Source of the DNA: an uncultured Acidimicrobiales bacterium
GTDB taxonomy: Bacteria; Actinomycetota; Acidimicrobiia; Acidimicrobiales; UBA10347
Assembly (NCBI GenBank): GCA_943788915.1
Contig: CALSSD010000003.1
Coordinates: 198,663 to 262,662 of the forward strand
DNA: 64,000 nucleotides
Reading direction: 5' to 3'
Below the pieces are notes generated by a model that saw nothing but the letters and a program-made list of their open reading frames with translations, ran no database searches and was not told the origin of the DNA. Shown here one piece after another: positions 40,098 to 51,078 of this stretch. The position numbers and the translations under genes were made by a program. Every line of letters starts with the position of its first letter. Within the stretch, counting starts at the first letter, position 1.

Positions 40098-42103
40098 GCG
40101 CTCACGACGAGGAAGTAGATCATTAGGCCAATTGCACCGACCGCCACGAGTGCCGCATAGCTGCGCACCAACCCGTTCTGGATCTTGCGGAGGAAGGAGC
40201 CGTCGAGCTGAATGAGCTTGCCGACACCATTTACTGCGCCGTCGACAACCTTGCCGTCGAAGTCAGCGAGGGCATCGAACCCTTTGGAACCAGGGCCACC
40301 CATGAAGTTGCTCACCGCATCGTCATAACCCCAGCCTTGAGCCAGGATGGCGGGTGCGTCGGGGCCAGTGCCACCGCTCTTGTCGAAGTACAACTTCCAC
40401 GCAGCAACGATTCCGCCGATTGCGCACAGTGTCGCGATCACGGCCAGCATCAGCTTGGTGCTTCCAGGTGGTAAGTCATGGAACTCGTTGCCGAGCAGTG
40501 ATGGCTCGAGCCAATGTTCCAGGAAGTGCAGGTCCTTGGTGAATGGAAGGTTGAGCCCACCTGCAACCAGCGCTGCACCAGCAAGCGCCACCAGCGGCAG
40601 CGTCATGGTCCACGGTGACTCGTGCGGATGGCGAGCCGGTAGTTCTTCGTCGCTGCTGATCGGAGTTTCGTCGTTACTGATCGGGGCGTCGCCGGTTGCT
40701 TCGTCACGCCAACGGGGTGCGCCAAAGAAGGTCAAGATGACGAGTCGGGTCATGTAGAAGGCGGTGAGCAGTGCCGCGATGAGTAACAAGACGAACAAGA
40801 TCTTGTTGGCGAAGATGTCGTTGTTGGCGTAGATGCCGACCAGGATTTCGTCCTTGGACCAGAACCCGGAGAACGGTGGGATGCCAGCAATAGCAAGCCA
40901 GCCAACCAGGAAGGTGCCTGCAGTGATTGGCATCAGTTTGGCCAAACCGCCGTACCGCTTCATGTCTTGGTCGTCGTTCATGCCGTGGATGACCGAACCC
41001 GAACCCAGGAACATGAGGGCCTTGAAGAATGCATGGGTGATCATGTGGAACAGTGCAGCCACGTAGACGCCGGTGCCGACTGCGACGATCATGAAGCCAA
41101 GCTGGCTGACCGTTGAGTACGCCAGAACCTTCTTGATGTCGTCTTGGGCTACGGCAATACTCGCTGCGAACAGTGCCGTGAACAGGCCAATCCACGCAAT
41201 CAGGCTTGGCGCCCAATCGTGGGCCTGAGCCAGGATCGGGTTGATACGGACGAGTAGGTACACGCCCGACGTCACCATGGTGGCGGCATGGATCAGTGCC
41301 GAAACAGGTGTCGGACCAGCCATTGCATCGGGGAGCCAGATGTACAGCGGGAACTGCGCAGACTTACCGGCGGCGCCGACGAACACGAGTAGTGCAATCG
41401 CGGTGGCAGTGCTGGCGGCAATCGGCGTACCCGAGAACATCTCGCCATATTCGATGCTGCCATAGGCGAAGAATGCCAGGAACGTTGCCAACATGAAACC
41501 GAAGTCGCCAACGCGGTTCGTCACGAAGGCCTTCTTGCCAGCGCTGGCGTTGGCCTCGTCGGTAAACCAGAACGAGATCAAGAAGTACGAGCAGGCGCCC
41601 ACGCCTTCCCAACCAAGGAAGGTCAACAGCAGGTTGTCACCAAGCACCAACATCAGCATGGAGAAAGCGAACAAGTTCAGGTAGACGAAGAACTTCGAGA
41701 AGTTCGGATCGCCGTGCATGTAACCGATCGAATACAGATGGATCAGCGTGGCTACGCCGGTGATGAACAAGATCATCGTGACCGACAACGGATCGGCCAG
41801 CAGACCAATATCGACGTTGAAGTCGCCAGCCACCACCCAGTCAAAGAGTTTTACCTGGACGATGCGCTCGCCACTCTCGCCACCTTCGAGGCCGAGCATC
41901 CCAGCGAAGACCACAAGTGATGCCAAGAACGAGCCACCCATAGCTCCAGTTGCGATCCAGCCAGCGACGGGTTCACCTAGTCGGCGGCCAAAAAACATCA
42001 ACGTGATGAAGCCCAGGAGTGGCAGTAGCGGCACGAGCCACACAAGTTCGACGAGTTGCATGTTTGCCAATTGTTGAGTTGAGGAGTGCACAGTTGCTAC
42101 CAC
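40094..42103 (-). CDS. nuoL: Complex I subunit L
   Basis: GKSAQFPLYIWLPDAMAGPTPVSALIHAATMV; start may be ATG 42061. Confidence 0.95.
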   Translation of the reverse strand: MVATVHSSTQQLANMQLVELVWLVPLLPLLGFITLMFFGRRLGEPVAGWIATGAMGGSFLASLVVFAGMLGLEGGESGERIVQVKLFDWVVAGDFNVDIGLLADPLSVTMILFITGVATLIHLYSIGYMHGDPNFSKFFVYLNLFAFSMLMLVLGDNLLLTFLGWEGVGACSYFLISFWFTDEANASAGKKAFVTNRVGDFGFMLATFLAFFAYGSIEYGEMFSGTPIAASTATAIALLVFVGAAGKSAQFPLYIWLPDAMAGPTPVSALIHAATMVTSGVYLLVRINPILAQAHDWAPSLIAWIGLFTALFAASIAVAQDDIKKVLAYSTVSQLGFMIVAVGTGVYVAALFHMITHAFFKALMFLGSGSVIHGMNDDQDMKRYGGLAKLMPITAGTFLVGWLAIAGIPPFSGFWSKDEILVGIYANNDIFANKILFVLLLIAALLTAFYMTRLVILTFFGAPRWRDEATGDAPISNDETPISSDEELPARHPHESPWTMTLPLVALAGAALVAGGLNLPFTKDLHFLEHWLEPSLLGNEFHDLPPGSTKLMLAVIATLCAIGGIVAAWKLYFDKSGGTGPDAPAILAQGWGYDDAVSNFMGGPGSKGFDALADFDGKVVDGAVNGVGKLIQLDGSFLRKIQNGLVRSYAALVAVGAIGLMIYFLVVSA

Positions 42104-42105
42104 GG

Positions 42106-42411
42106 TCAGCCTCGGAGAACCGACAGGTCGTCGGCAGTCGCTTCGTTACGGCGGCGCATGATGGCCACGATGATTGCCAAGCCGACCACTACTTCAGCAG
42201 CAGCGACCACCAGCACAAAGAACACGGAAATTTCGCCGCCCAGATCATTTAGATCATTACCGAACGTCACGAACGTGAGGTTCACGGCATTGAGCATGAG
42301 CTCGACACACATGAACATGATGAGTGGGTTGCGGCGAACCAGCAATCCGGTGGCGCCGAGTGCAAACAGGATCGCTGCCAGCACCAGGTACCAGGTGGAC
42401 GTAAGTTCCAT
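42106..42411 (-). CDS. nuoK: Complex I subunit K
   Basis: [24 protein letters not shown]. Confidence 0.95.
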   Translation of the reverse strand: MELTSTWYLVLAAILFALGATGLLVRRNPLIMFMCVELMLNAVNLTFVTFGNDLNDLGGEISVFFVLVVAAAEVVVGLAIIVAIMRRRNEATADDLSVLRG

Positions 42412-43094
42412 CAGGCGTCCTCCATCTCTTCCATCTCTTCTGTCTCGTCTGGTGAAGACGCCGCACCGCTGGTATTACGCACGGGAATCTCTGGCATTGG
42501 CGCAAGTTCACCCTTGGGTTTGCGGGCCAGCAGCACGGCGCCGACAACTGCGATCGTCAGCAACAGTGCAGTGACTTCGAAGGCGAACACATAGTCGGTA
42601 AACAGCGACCGGCCGAGCTGCTCGATGTTGGGCAATGCCTCGGTGCCGTCGGTCTGGTCGTCGGCAAGTGCATCGGTTGCAGACTGTGTCGTTGTGGTGA
42701 TCGAATCGACCTTGGTGGCGGTGACCGATTCTTGGCCGGTGGCTCCGCCGTCGGCAGCGACGGAGATGAACAGCACCGACAGCACTAACACCGCAGCACC
42801 TATCGCCAAGGCAATCGGCCGTTGCCCTGTGATGGGTTCGACCGACAGATCTTCGGCTTGATCAACGCCCAGAAGCATGATCACGAACAGAAACAGCACC
42901 ACAATGGCGCCGGCATACACGATCACCTGGACCGCAGCCAGAAACTGTGCGTCCTGGTTCAGGAAAAGAATCGCAACCGCGAACAGCGACAGCACCAGCG
43001 ATAGCGCCGAGTGCACCGGGTTACGGAACCCGATGAGCCCCAACGCTCCGATGATCGCCAGCGCGCCAGCGATGAGGAAGACAACAAGCTCCAT
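42411..43094 (-). CDS. nuoJ: Complex I subunit J
   Basis: [28 protein letters not shown]...LL..AVVGA. Confidence 0.94.
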   Translation of the reverse strand: MELVVFLIAGALAIIGALGLIGFRNPVHSALSLVLSLFAVAILFLNQDAQFLAAVQVIVYAGAIVVLFLFVIMLLGVDQAEDLSVEPITGQRPIALAIGAAVLVLSVLFISVAADGGATGQESVTATKVDSITTTTQSATDALADDQTDGTEALPNIEQLGRSLFTDYVFAFEVTALLLTIAVVGAVLLARKPKGELAPMPEIPVRNTSGAASSPDETEEMEEMEDA

Positions 43095-43798
43095 TAGTGG
43101 TGACCTCCTGCTGCATCGGCCGCAGCCGCGATCTCGGCGTCGCCGTCTTCATGCGCGCTGGCGGCATCATCGTGTGTGTCGGCAAGATCTGAGGTTTGGC
43201 CAACTTCTGGGGCACGGATGCCATAACCGAGTTCGCCGGACCAGGCGACCTTGCCAACGTATTCGGCGGCGCCGCTTGGTGAGGTGGCTCGCATCCACGC
43301 CGACGTGTGTTCGTCTTCGCCCGGGCGCCAATCTTCCCACGGAAGATGTTGAGGCTGACCATCGTCGCCAACAACCAACTCATCCTTGGTGTAGATGGCG
43401 TCTTGGCGGTTTGTGAACGAGAACTCGAACATCTTGGTCTCGGTAATCGCCTGCGTCGGGCAGGCTTCGACACACAGGTCGCAGTGAATACACCGCAGGT
43501 AATTGATCTCGTAGACGAAGCCGTAACGTTCGCCGGGAGATACCGGATCATCGATCGGGTTGTCGGCGCCCCGCACATAAATGCAGTTGGCAGGACAGAC
43601 ACCAGCGCATAGTTCGCAGCCGATGCATTTTTCCATGCCGTCTTCGTAACGGTTCAGCACATGACGTCCGTGCATTCGCACCGGCTTGTCGCGCTTCTCG
43701 TCGTCGAATCGGCCACCCTTGTAGTCGCCGGTGACACGTTCGTCAAAGAGTTTGCCAAACGTGAGCTTGAAGCCTTCGAGGCCCTCAAAGAGTCCCAT
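43094..43798 (-). CDS. nuoI: Complex I subunit I
   Basis: CIGCELCAGVCP and CIHCDLCVEACP. Confidence 0.95.
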   Translation of the reverse strand: MGLFEGLEGFKLTFGKLFDERVTGDYKGGRFDDEKRDKPVRMHGRHVLNRYEDGMEKCIGCELCAGVCPANCIYVRGADNPIDDPVSPGERYGFVYEINYLRCIHCDLCVEACPTQAITETKMFEFSFTNRQDAIYTKDELVVGDDGQPQHLPWEDWRPGEDEHTSAWMRATSPSGAAEYVGKVAWSGELGYGIRAPEVGQTSDLADTHDDAASAHEDGDAEIAAAADAAGGHH

Positions 43799-45030
43799 CA
43801 GTCGAAACCTTCCCCAGCGAGATGTTTACGTTTACCGCTCTGTATCGCAGCGTTGAGCAAGGCGCCCATAACCAGCAGGCCAGCAAGACTTAAGCCAAAG
43901 ACAAGGAAACGATTCCAGCCCTCGGCCACGCCGATATCCAATGCCACGAGTGCCACGATCCAGCCGAGCGACAGTGGGATAAGCAACTTCCAACCAAGAT
44001 CCATGAGCTGGTCGTAGCGGAATCGTGGGAGCGCGGCCCGGAACCAAATGAATGTGAAACAGAAACACAGGATCTTGAGCAAGAACCACAGGATGCCCCA
44101 TGCCCAGCCCAGGCTTTCAAGGAATGGAATCGGTCCGTCGGGGCCGCCGAAGAACAGCGTGACCATGATGGCCGACATGGTGACCACGTTCATGTACTCG
44201 CCGAGGAAGAACAACGCGAATCGGATCGAGGAGTACTCGGTGTGGAAACCACCAACGATTTCCTGCTCGGCTTCAACCAGGTCAAACGGTGGGCGATTGA
44301 GTTCAGCGGTTGACGCAATCAGGAACACGATAAAGGGTATGAACCCGGTGATCCACAGGTTCCAGTTCCACCCGTCGGCCTGGCCAACCACGATGTCGTG
44401 GGTGGACAACGTGCCCGACTTCACCAGCACGGCCACAAGCGAGAGTCCGAGTGCGGCTTCGTAGGAAACCATCTGGGCCGAAGCACGCACCGAACCAAAC
44501 AGCGGATACTTGGACCCCGACGACCAGCCAGCCAGCATGATGCCGTAAACCGCAAGTGACGACAGCGCCAACACGAACAAGATGCCTACCGGTGGATCAG
44601 CGATCTGGAGTTGGGTGGTGTTGCCCCACCAGCTGACCTTGCCATCGGCATTGTCGAAGTCGCCACCGATAGGCACAACGGTGAAGATCAGGAATGCCGG
44701 AATCAAGGTGAGATACGGCGCAAGTCGGAAGATCGTCGAGTCGCCCCGTTCCTCGTTGGGAAGCATGTCTTCTTTGAAGAACAACTTGATGCCATCGGCG
44801 AGTGTTTGCAGCAGCCCGAACGGCCCGGCGATGGTTGGGCCCATACGGTTGGTCATATCTGCGTGAAGCTTGCGCTCGAACCAGATCATAAGCATGACGC
44901 TGACCATTAGCAGCGCAAACGCAACACCGACCTTGAGTGCCACGATCAGGACTTCTTCGAGGCCCACGCCACCCACGAAGAGCGGGTCGACAGCTAGTGG
45001 CAGCATGGTGCTGATTGAAACCGCGGTCAT
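43798..45030 (-). CDS. nuoH: Complex I subunit H
   Basis: ERK....R.GP..GP.GLLQ..ADG.KL..KE; R.PFDL.EAE.E..GF.TEYS. Confidence 0.95.
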   Translation of the reverse strand: MTAVSISTMLPLAVDPLFVGGVGLEEVLIVALKVGVAFALLMVSVMLMIWFERKLHADMTNRMGPTIAGPFGLLQTLADGIKLFFKEDMLPNEERGDSTIFRLAPYLTLIPAFLIFTVVPIGGDFDNADGKVSWWGNTTQLQIADPPVGILFVLALSSLAVYGIMLAGWSSGSKYPLFGSVRASAQMVSYEAALGLSLVAVLVKSGTLSTHDIVVGQADGWNWNLWITGFIPFIVFLIASTAELNRPPFDLVEAEQEIVGGFHTEYSSIRFALFFLGEYMNVVTMSAIMVTLFFGGPDGPIPFLESLGWAWGILWFLLKILCFCFTFIWFRAALPRFRYDQLMDLGWKLLIPLSLGWIVALVALDIGVAEGWNRFLVFGLSLAGLLVMGALLNAAIQSGKRKHLAGEGFD

Positions 45031-47612
45031 AACGTCTCGATCCTGACATCGGTGACGAGTTCGCTCATGTCGATAAGCGAACGTGCGTCGAGGCCCGCAA
45101 GGTTATGGGTGACAGCTGCGACACCGGGGGCAATCCGGTCGTCGACGACGACGGGACCCTCGACCGAGGCCCGTTGTGAGCTGACTCGCACCGTGGTCCC
45201 CGAATCGACCCCAAGTTTGGCGGCTTCGACTGGGTTAATCCGTACCGCTCCAGCGACAGCCAGACCCGCAATCGACGGACACATGGCGGTTTGGGTACCA
45301 CTGTCGTACATCGAGCGGTCGACTACCAGTCGGAACGAGTAACTGTCATAGACCGGTGCATCCATAACCGGGCCTTGATCGGACCAGGCCAGCGCAGCAG
45401 GTGCCTTGGACGCAGCGTTTGCATCGGCGTCGGCGCCGGGCATCAGACCGTCGGTGGCGGCGTCGATTGCAGCAGCATCGGCCCCAGCATGGAGCGCTGA
45501 CAACGCGGCGATTTCGTTGGTGATGTCGGTGACAGAACCAAAGCCCATATCGTTTCCGAGCCGCATTGCGAGCTCGGCAGCGATCATCCAATCCGGACGG
45601 GCTGTGCCGGGAGGCGTGACCTTCTGGCGGACTGCAGTGATGCGACCTTCGAGATTGGTGTGGCTGCCGTCGACTTCGCCAAACGCGGCCGCCGGCAGCA
45701 CTAGGTCGGCGCCGTAGGCAGCTGACGCGTTGATGAACGGATCGACGGCAACGACGAGATCGGCTCCATCAAGAGCGGCCTGAGCGAGTTCAGGATCAGG
45801 GAAGTCAGCGAGCGGGTCGGCACCGAGTAGGAACAGCACCGCGATCTTGCCACCAGCGGCCTGTTGCAGGATGCCGGCAGCGTCGTGACCAGGCTTGGCG
45901 GGAACGGATCCCCAAGACTGCGTGAACCACTCCTTGGCGCCATCGAGTGAGGTGCGGCCCGGCAACATGCCAGGAGCCATTCCCATGTCGATTGCACCAT
46001 GGACATTGCCCCGGCGCAGCGCAGGAAGGAAACGAATCTTGTCGAGTTTGGCGAGTGCGTTCAGTGCCTGAACGGTCAAGTCAGCACTATCAGCCAGCGA
46101 CGTGCGACCACAGACCACCGAGACTGACTCGGCACCATCGATCGCAGCTGCGATCCCGGCGAGTTCATCCGCTTTACATGAACCGATGTCCGCCGAGGTA
46201 GAGCCAGTTGCGAGCGCATCGGCAACCGTTGCGATGTCGCCGGGGCGAACTCGCACCGAGTGTGCCGCGTACTTGGTCAGGCCGGTTTCGTTCGGGGTCA
46301 ACTCGATAAGTGTTGCCCCGTCGTGCACGACGGCATGACGCAAACGCAGGTAGAGCGAACCGAGTTCTTCTTTTGGATCGCCACTGAGCAACACGATCGT
46401 GCCGCCCTTGGCGCACGCTTCGGCGATGGTGGTGCGAGGCATTGAGGCAACCACTTGAGCAGGCAAGCCATCGCCGATTTGGGCATCGACGTTGTCGGTA
46501 CCGATGACGTTCTTGGCGAAACGAGTCCAGGCGTACTGGCCTTCGTTCGTGAGCCGGGCACCACCAAGCACCGCAACCGAAGCTGGGCCAGCATTATTGT
46601 TGGCATCTTCGAGTGCGACGATCAAACGTTGGAGTGCAACCGCCCAGGTCGTAGCGACAAGTTCGTTACCTCCGTCGTCGGCATTGCCGAGGCCATCGCC
46701 TCGGACCAACGGTGTGGTCAAGCGCTGGTCGCTCATGGTGGCTTCAAAGCTGAAACGATCGCGGTCGGCTAGCCAACCCCAGTTCACCGCATCGGAGTCG
46801 ACACCGAGGTAACGCAGAACCTCATTCCGTGACGACTGAATGGTGATCTGGTCACCCATTGCATTCGGGTAGGTCGTACCGACCTCGGACAGATCCCACG
46901 GGCGGGCCTTGAACCGGTACGGCTTGGCGGTCAGTGCCCCAACCGGACAAATTTGCACCGTGTTACCGCTGAAATATGAAGCGAACGGATCGTCGGGGAA
47001 CGTATTGACCTGGGTCTGATTGCCACGTCCCATGAAGTGGATCAGCGGGTCGCCAGCGACTTCGTCGGCGAACCGGGTGCAGCGATCACACAGGATGCAA
47101 CGTTCACGATCCAAGTAGACGGTCTCGCTGATCGGGATTGGCTTTTCGAAGTGGCGTTTCTCTTCGATGAACCGGCTTTCGCCCGGACCGTAGGACATGG
47201 TTTGGTCCTGCAACGGACATTCGCCACCCTTGTCGCAGACCGGGCAGTCCAGAGGATGGTTGATGAGCAGCAGCTCGAGGACGCCGTCCTGAGCTTTCTT
47301 CACCATGTCGGTTTCGGTCTCGACGACCATGCCGTCGCTAACGGTCAACATGCATGACGGCGTGAGCGCTGGACCACGGCCGGTGTCGACCTCGATCAGG
47401 CACATACGACACATACCTACAGGCGTCATGCGAGGGTGATAACAAAAGCGGGGCACATAGACGCCAGCGTCTTCACAGGCGTCTATTAGGTTGCGACCAG
47501 GGGCTGCGTAAAAGACTTGGCCATTAACCGTGATGGGAACACCAGGAGGAGGCGCTGGGGCAGCAACCTCCTCGGTTTCGGTTTCGTCGGTCGTATCAAC
47601 GCTGTCAGTCAT
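45027..47612 (-). CDS. nuoG: Complex I subunit G
   Basis: PRFCYH..CRMC..C; HPLDCPVCDKGGEC; CILCDRC..CPVGAL. Confidence 0.95.
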   Translation of the reverse strand: MTDSVDTTDETETEEVAAPAPPPGVPITVNGQVFYAAPGRNLIDACEDAGVYVPRFCYHPRMTPVGMCRMCLIEVDTGRGPALTPSCMLTVSDGMVVETETDMVKKAQDGVLELLLINHPLDCPVCDKGGECPLQDQTMSYGPGESRFIEEKRHFEKPIPISETVYLDRERCILCDRCTRFADEVAGDPLIHFMGRGNQTQVNTFPDDPFASYFSGNTVQICPVGALTAKPYRFKARPWDLSEVGTTYPNAMGDQITIQSSRNEVLRYLGVDSDAVNWGWLADRDRFSFEATMSDQRLTTPLVRGDGLGNADDGGNELVATTWAVALQRLIVALEDANNNAGPASVAVLGGARLTNEGQYAWTRFAKNVIGTDNVDAQIGDGLPAQVVASMPRTTIAEACAKGGTIVLLSGDPKEELGSLYLRLRHAVVHDGATLIELTPNETGLTKYAAHSVRVRPGDIATVADALATGSTSADIGSCKADELAGIAAAIDGAESVSVVCGRTSLADSADLTVQALNALAKLDKIRFLPALRRGNVHGAIDMGMAPGMLPGRTSLDGAKEWFTQSWGSVPAKPGHDAAGILQQAAGGKIAVLFLLGADPLADFPDPELAQAALDGADLVVAVDPFINASAAYGADLVLPAAAFGEVDGSHTNLEGRITAVRQKVTPPGTARPDWMIAAELAMRLGNDMGFGSVTDITNEIAALSALHAGADAAAIDAATDGLMPGADADANAASKAPAALAWSDQGPVMDAPVYDSYSFRLVVDRSMYDSGTQTAMCPSIAGLAVAGAVRINPVEAAKLGVDSGTTVRVSSQRASVEGPVVVDDRIAPGVAAVTHNLAGLDARSLIDMSELVTDVRIETL

Positions 47613-48922
47613 GCGGACCCCACCGGAATCACTCGGCGATCAGAAAGGGTGATGTAGTCCTCGAACTCGTTGCGGAAACGTTCGATCGACGATGCGATCG
47701 GCGATACCGCAGACGGGCCGAGTGGACAAATGGTTGTCTGCTTTGGCGGCCAGGCAATACCGGGGCTGATGTTCTCGCAGATCTCGGTGAGTAGCGCCAT
47801 ATCGCTGGGGCGACCGTGGCCGGCAATAATGCGGCTCAAGATCCGTTCGAGCCAGGTGGTGCCCTCGCGGCACGGCGTGCACTTACCGCAACTTTCCCTG
47901 GCAAAGAACCGCACCAGGTTGTGGCATGCCTTGACCATGTCGGTGTCTTCGTCCATCACCACAATGGCGCCTGAACCAAGCATGGAACCGGCCTTGTCGA
48001 TGGTGACCTTTTCGAGTGGCAGGTCCAGATGTTCTTCGTGGAACCATGGGGCCGATGCACCGCCGGGGATGAATGCCTTGAGCTTCTTGCCGTCGCGGAC
48101 ACCGCCGGCATAGTCGGCGCCTTCGATGATGTCACGGAAGGTGGTGGTGCCGAACTCAACCTCGAATACACCAGGGTTATTCACGTGGCCCGACACGGCG
48201 AATACTCGGGTGCCCTTCGAGTTCTCGGCGCCCATGGCCGTGTACGCGTCGGCGCCCCGTTCGATGATCCACGGCAGGTTGGCCAGGGTCTCGACATTGT
48301 TCACGATGGTGGGCTGGCCATACAGGCCAACCGCGGCCGGGAAGAATGGTGGCTTGAGCCGTGGCATGCCCCGGTTGCCTTCAAGACTTTCGATCAGCGC
48401 GGTCTCTTCGCCCACGATGTAGGCACCGGCACCCCAGTGCAACACGATGTCGACGCTGAAGTCGGTGCCGAGGATGTTCTTGCCGACATACCCGGCGTCG
48501 TACGCATCGTTGAGTGCAGCAGCGACACGTTCTTGAGCATGGGCCATTTCGCCACGGATGTACAAGAAACACTGGGTCAAGCCGACTGCGTAACACGCCA
48601 GCAGGCAACCCTCGATGATCTGGTGCGGATCACGCTCAAGTAGTTGGCGATCCTTATACGTGCCAGGTTCCGACTCGTCGCCGTTGACCACCAGGTAACG
48701 AGGCCACACACCCGGCGGGCAGAATCCCCACTTGACACCGGCAGGGAATCCAGCACCGCCACGGCCGAGCACACTTGCGGCCTTGACTTCGTTGTGAACT
48801 TCTTCGGGTGTCATATCGAGCGCTTTACGCAGCGCGACATACCCACCGGTTTCGAGATAGGTATCGAGGTTGTGCGCATCGACATTGTCGAAGCGCTTCG
48901 TCACGATCTTTTCAAACGGCAT
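47609..48922 (-). CDS. nuoF: Complex I subunit F
   Basis: GRGGAGFP.G.KW; DESEPGT.KD; GEETAL; ESCGKCTPCREG. Confidence 0.96.
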   Translation of the reverse strand: MPFEKIVTKRFDNVDAHNLDTYLETGGYVALRKALDMTPEEVHNEVKAASVLGRGGAGFPAGVKWGFCPPGVWPRYLVVNGDESEPGTYKDRQLLERDPHQIIEGCLLACYAVGLTQCFLYIRGEMAHAQERVAAALNDAYDAGYVGKNILGTDFSVDIVLHWGAGAYIVGEETALIESLEGNRGMPRLKPPFFPAAVGLYGQPTIVNNVETLANLPWIIERGADAYTAMGAENSKGTRVFAVSGHVNNPGVFEVEFGTTTFRDIIEGADYAGGVRDGKKLKAFIPGGASAPWFHEEHLDLPLEKVTIDKAGSMLGSGAIVVMDEDTDMVKACHNLVRFFARESCGKCTPCREGTTWLERILSRIIAGHGRPSDMALLTEICENISPGIAWPPKQTTICPLGPSAVSPIASSIERFRNEFEDYITLSDRRVIPVGSA

Positions 48923-49536
48923 TAGTTGCCACCTTCAACGGCTGCAGGCTCGGGCCACCAGGCAGGAGGGTCGTTGCTTTCGACCATGGCGTTGCCGGCG
49001 GCCTTGCCTTCGGGGATCGACTGGCGAGTCAAGGCCAGCATCCCGTGTTTTGGCACTGCCACGGAGCCGTCGCGGATGTCCTCGACCAACGCGTCGAAGC
49101 GCTGGTTGCTCACCTTGTTCATGTATCGATAATTGACCTGCAGGCAGGGCGCTTCGGTGCAGGCTGCGATGCACTCGACACCTTCGATGCTGATTCCATC
49201 GGGAGTCACGGTGCCCTGTCGCACACCCAGCGCTTCTTCGGCATGATGAATGAGGTCATCGGCTCCAAGAAGATGGCAAGCGATGCCATGGCAGATATTG
49301 ATGCGATAGTCGCCAACCGGCTCACGCTTGAACATCTCGTAGAACGAACAGGTACCGAGCACCTCGGCAGGTGTGATATCGAGCAACTCGGCCAGATGTT
49401 GCATGGCATCGTCGGCGACATACCCATCTTGTTCTTGCGCAAGATGTAACAGCGGAATCAAAGCGCTCTTGGAACGGGGATACCGACCAATGATCTCAGC
49501 CGCAATCCGAACATTCGAATCGTTTAAACGAGGCAT
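48922..49536 (-). CDS. nuoE: Complex I subunit E
   Basis: SALIPLLH.AQ; SFY.M; CHGIAC; ECIAAC..AP. Confidence 0.95.
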   Translation of the reverse strand: MPRLNDSNVRIAAEIIGRYPRSKSALIPLLHLAQEQDGYVADDAMQHLAELLDITPAEVLGTCSFYEMFKREPVGDYRINICHGIACHLLGADDLIHHAEEALGVRQGTVTPDGISIEGVECIAACTEAPCLQVNYRYMNKVSNQRFDALVEDIRDGSVAVPKHGMLALTRQSIPEGKAAGNAMVESNDPPAWWPEPAAVEGGN

Positions 49537-49565
49537 CTAGAGAACTCGCCCTTCTTGTTCACGCA

Positions 49566-49737
49566 CGGTATTTCCCCGCTCCGCTCGGGCCGACGTTCGT
49601 CGGATATGGCAACAACTCATCTGGTCGCCCGCTCGTCCCTCGCTCCTACCCGCGGTATTTCTCCGCTCCGCTCGGGCCGACGTTCGTCGGACATGGCAAC
49701 AACTCATCTGGTCGCCCGCTCGTCCCTCGCTCCTACC
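49566..49737. repeat. Tandem repeat, 2 x 87 bp, REP-like, between nuoD and nuoE
   Basis: Copies at 49566 and 49653 differ at 2 positions over 85 bp; CCGACG-TT-CGTCGG palindrome; GCTCCGCTC and CGCTCGTCCCTCGCTC motifs. Confidence 0.9.
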
Positions 49738-49748
49738 TGCGAGCCCGA

Positions 49749-51047
49749 TCAACGGTCGACTTCTCCGAGTACAGGATCTACCGAGCTGATGATGGCGACG
49801 ACGTCGGCGACGAGAGCATCTTGCATCATGTGAGGCATGGTCTGCAGGTTCACAAAACTTGGGGCCCGGATATGCATGCGATACGGATGAGCCCCACCGT
49901 CGCTGACCATGTAACAACCAAGTTCACCACGGGGTGATTCGACGGCCACATAGACCTCGCCCTCGGGCACTTTGAATCCCTCGGTGAAGATCTTGAAGTG
50001 GTGAATCAGTGCTTCCATCGAGTCGTCGATGCGAGCTCGTGGTGGCGGAGTGACCTTCTTGTCTTGCAGCCGGTAGTCGCCGGCGGGCATCTTCTCGATG
50101 CACTGTTGCACGATCTTGATGGACTCACGGGCTTCGTTCAGCCGGACGGCATAACGGTCAAAACAGTCGCCATAGGTGCCAACGATGACATCGAAGTCGA
50201 GTTCGGCATAGTTGAGGTACGGCATGTCGCGGCGGAGGTCCCAGGCGTAACCGGAACCTCGCAGTATCGGGCCGGTGACACCAAGTGCCAGGCATTCATC
50301 GACGTTTATGGCGCCGACACCCTGCAGTCGTTCACGGAAGATCGGTTGGCCAGTGAGCAGTTCGTCGAATTCGTCGATCAGCGGCAGCAACATATCAAGC
50401 AGGCCAGACACGTCTTCGCGCCAGCCATCGGGAAGGTCCACCGCTACCCCGCCAGGGCGGATGTAGTTGTGATTCATGCGAAGGCCGGTGATCTTTTCGA
50501 GGATCCGCAGGGTCTCTTCCCGCAGCCGGTTGCCGTACAGCATCATCGACACTGCACCGACGTCCATGCCATTGGTGGCTTGGAACAACATGTGCGACGA
50601 GATGCGGTTGAGTTCACACATCATGGTGCGGATCCATTGCGCACGAGGCGGAACGTCGATGCCAAGAAGTTGTTCGGTCGCCATCGAGAACACGAGTTCG
50701 TTGAACAGTGGCGAGGCGTAGTCCATGCGGGTGACATTGGTGCCGCCCTGCAAGTACGACAGCTGTTCACCAGTCTTTTCCATGCCTGTATGGAGATAAC
50801 CAATCACCGGCTTCGACCGAAGAACTTGTTCGCCCTTCATCTCGAGGACCAGGCGAAGGACGCCGTGGGTCGAAGGGTGAACCGGGCCCATATTTACGAT
50901 CATGGGCTCATCGCTCATGGGATCGATGTCGAGCGTTTCGACCATTTCGGCATCGGCCTCGCTAATGCGGAGGACAGCGCTGTCATCGCCGCGTCGAAAA
51001 ACTCGCTCGGCGGCATCGGTAGAAACTGGTTGTTCAAGAATCGTCAT
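49749..51047 (-). CDS. nuoD: Complex I subunit D (14-subunit cluster)
   Basis: NMGPVHPSTHGVLR; RMDY; ESPRGE; GEVDR; ATG 51047 inferred. Confidence 0.95.
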   Translation of the reverse strand: MTILEQPVSTDAAERVFRRGDDSAVLRISEADAEMVETLDIDPMSDEPMIVNMGPVHPSTHGVLRLVLEMKGEQVLRSKPVIGYLHTGMEKTGEQLSYLQGGTNVTRMDYASPLFNELVFSMATEQLLGIDVPPRAQWIRTMMCELNRISSHMLFQATNGMDVGAVSMMLYGNRLREETLRILEKITGLRMNHNYIRPGGVAVDLPDGWREDVSGLLDMLLPLIDEFDELLTGQPIFRERLQGVGAINVDECLALGVTGPILRGSGYAWDLRRDMPYLNYAELDFDVIVGTYGDCFDRYAVRLNEARESIKIVQQCIEKMPAGDYRLQDKKVTPPPRARIDDSMEALIHHFKIFTEGFKVPEGEVYVAVESPRGELGCYMVSDGGAHPYRMHIRAPSFVNLQTMPHMMQDALVADVVAIISSVDPVLGEVDR

Positions 51048-51078
51048 GCTGCAACCTCTAGGGCTGGGAGGAAAGTAT

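Noticed and set aside
49537..49917. Repeat-containing ORFs in the nuoD-nuoE gap
   Set aside because: They arise from translating the 87-bp DNA repeat and overlap nuoD
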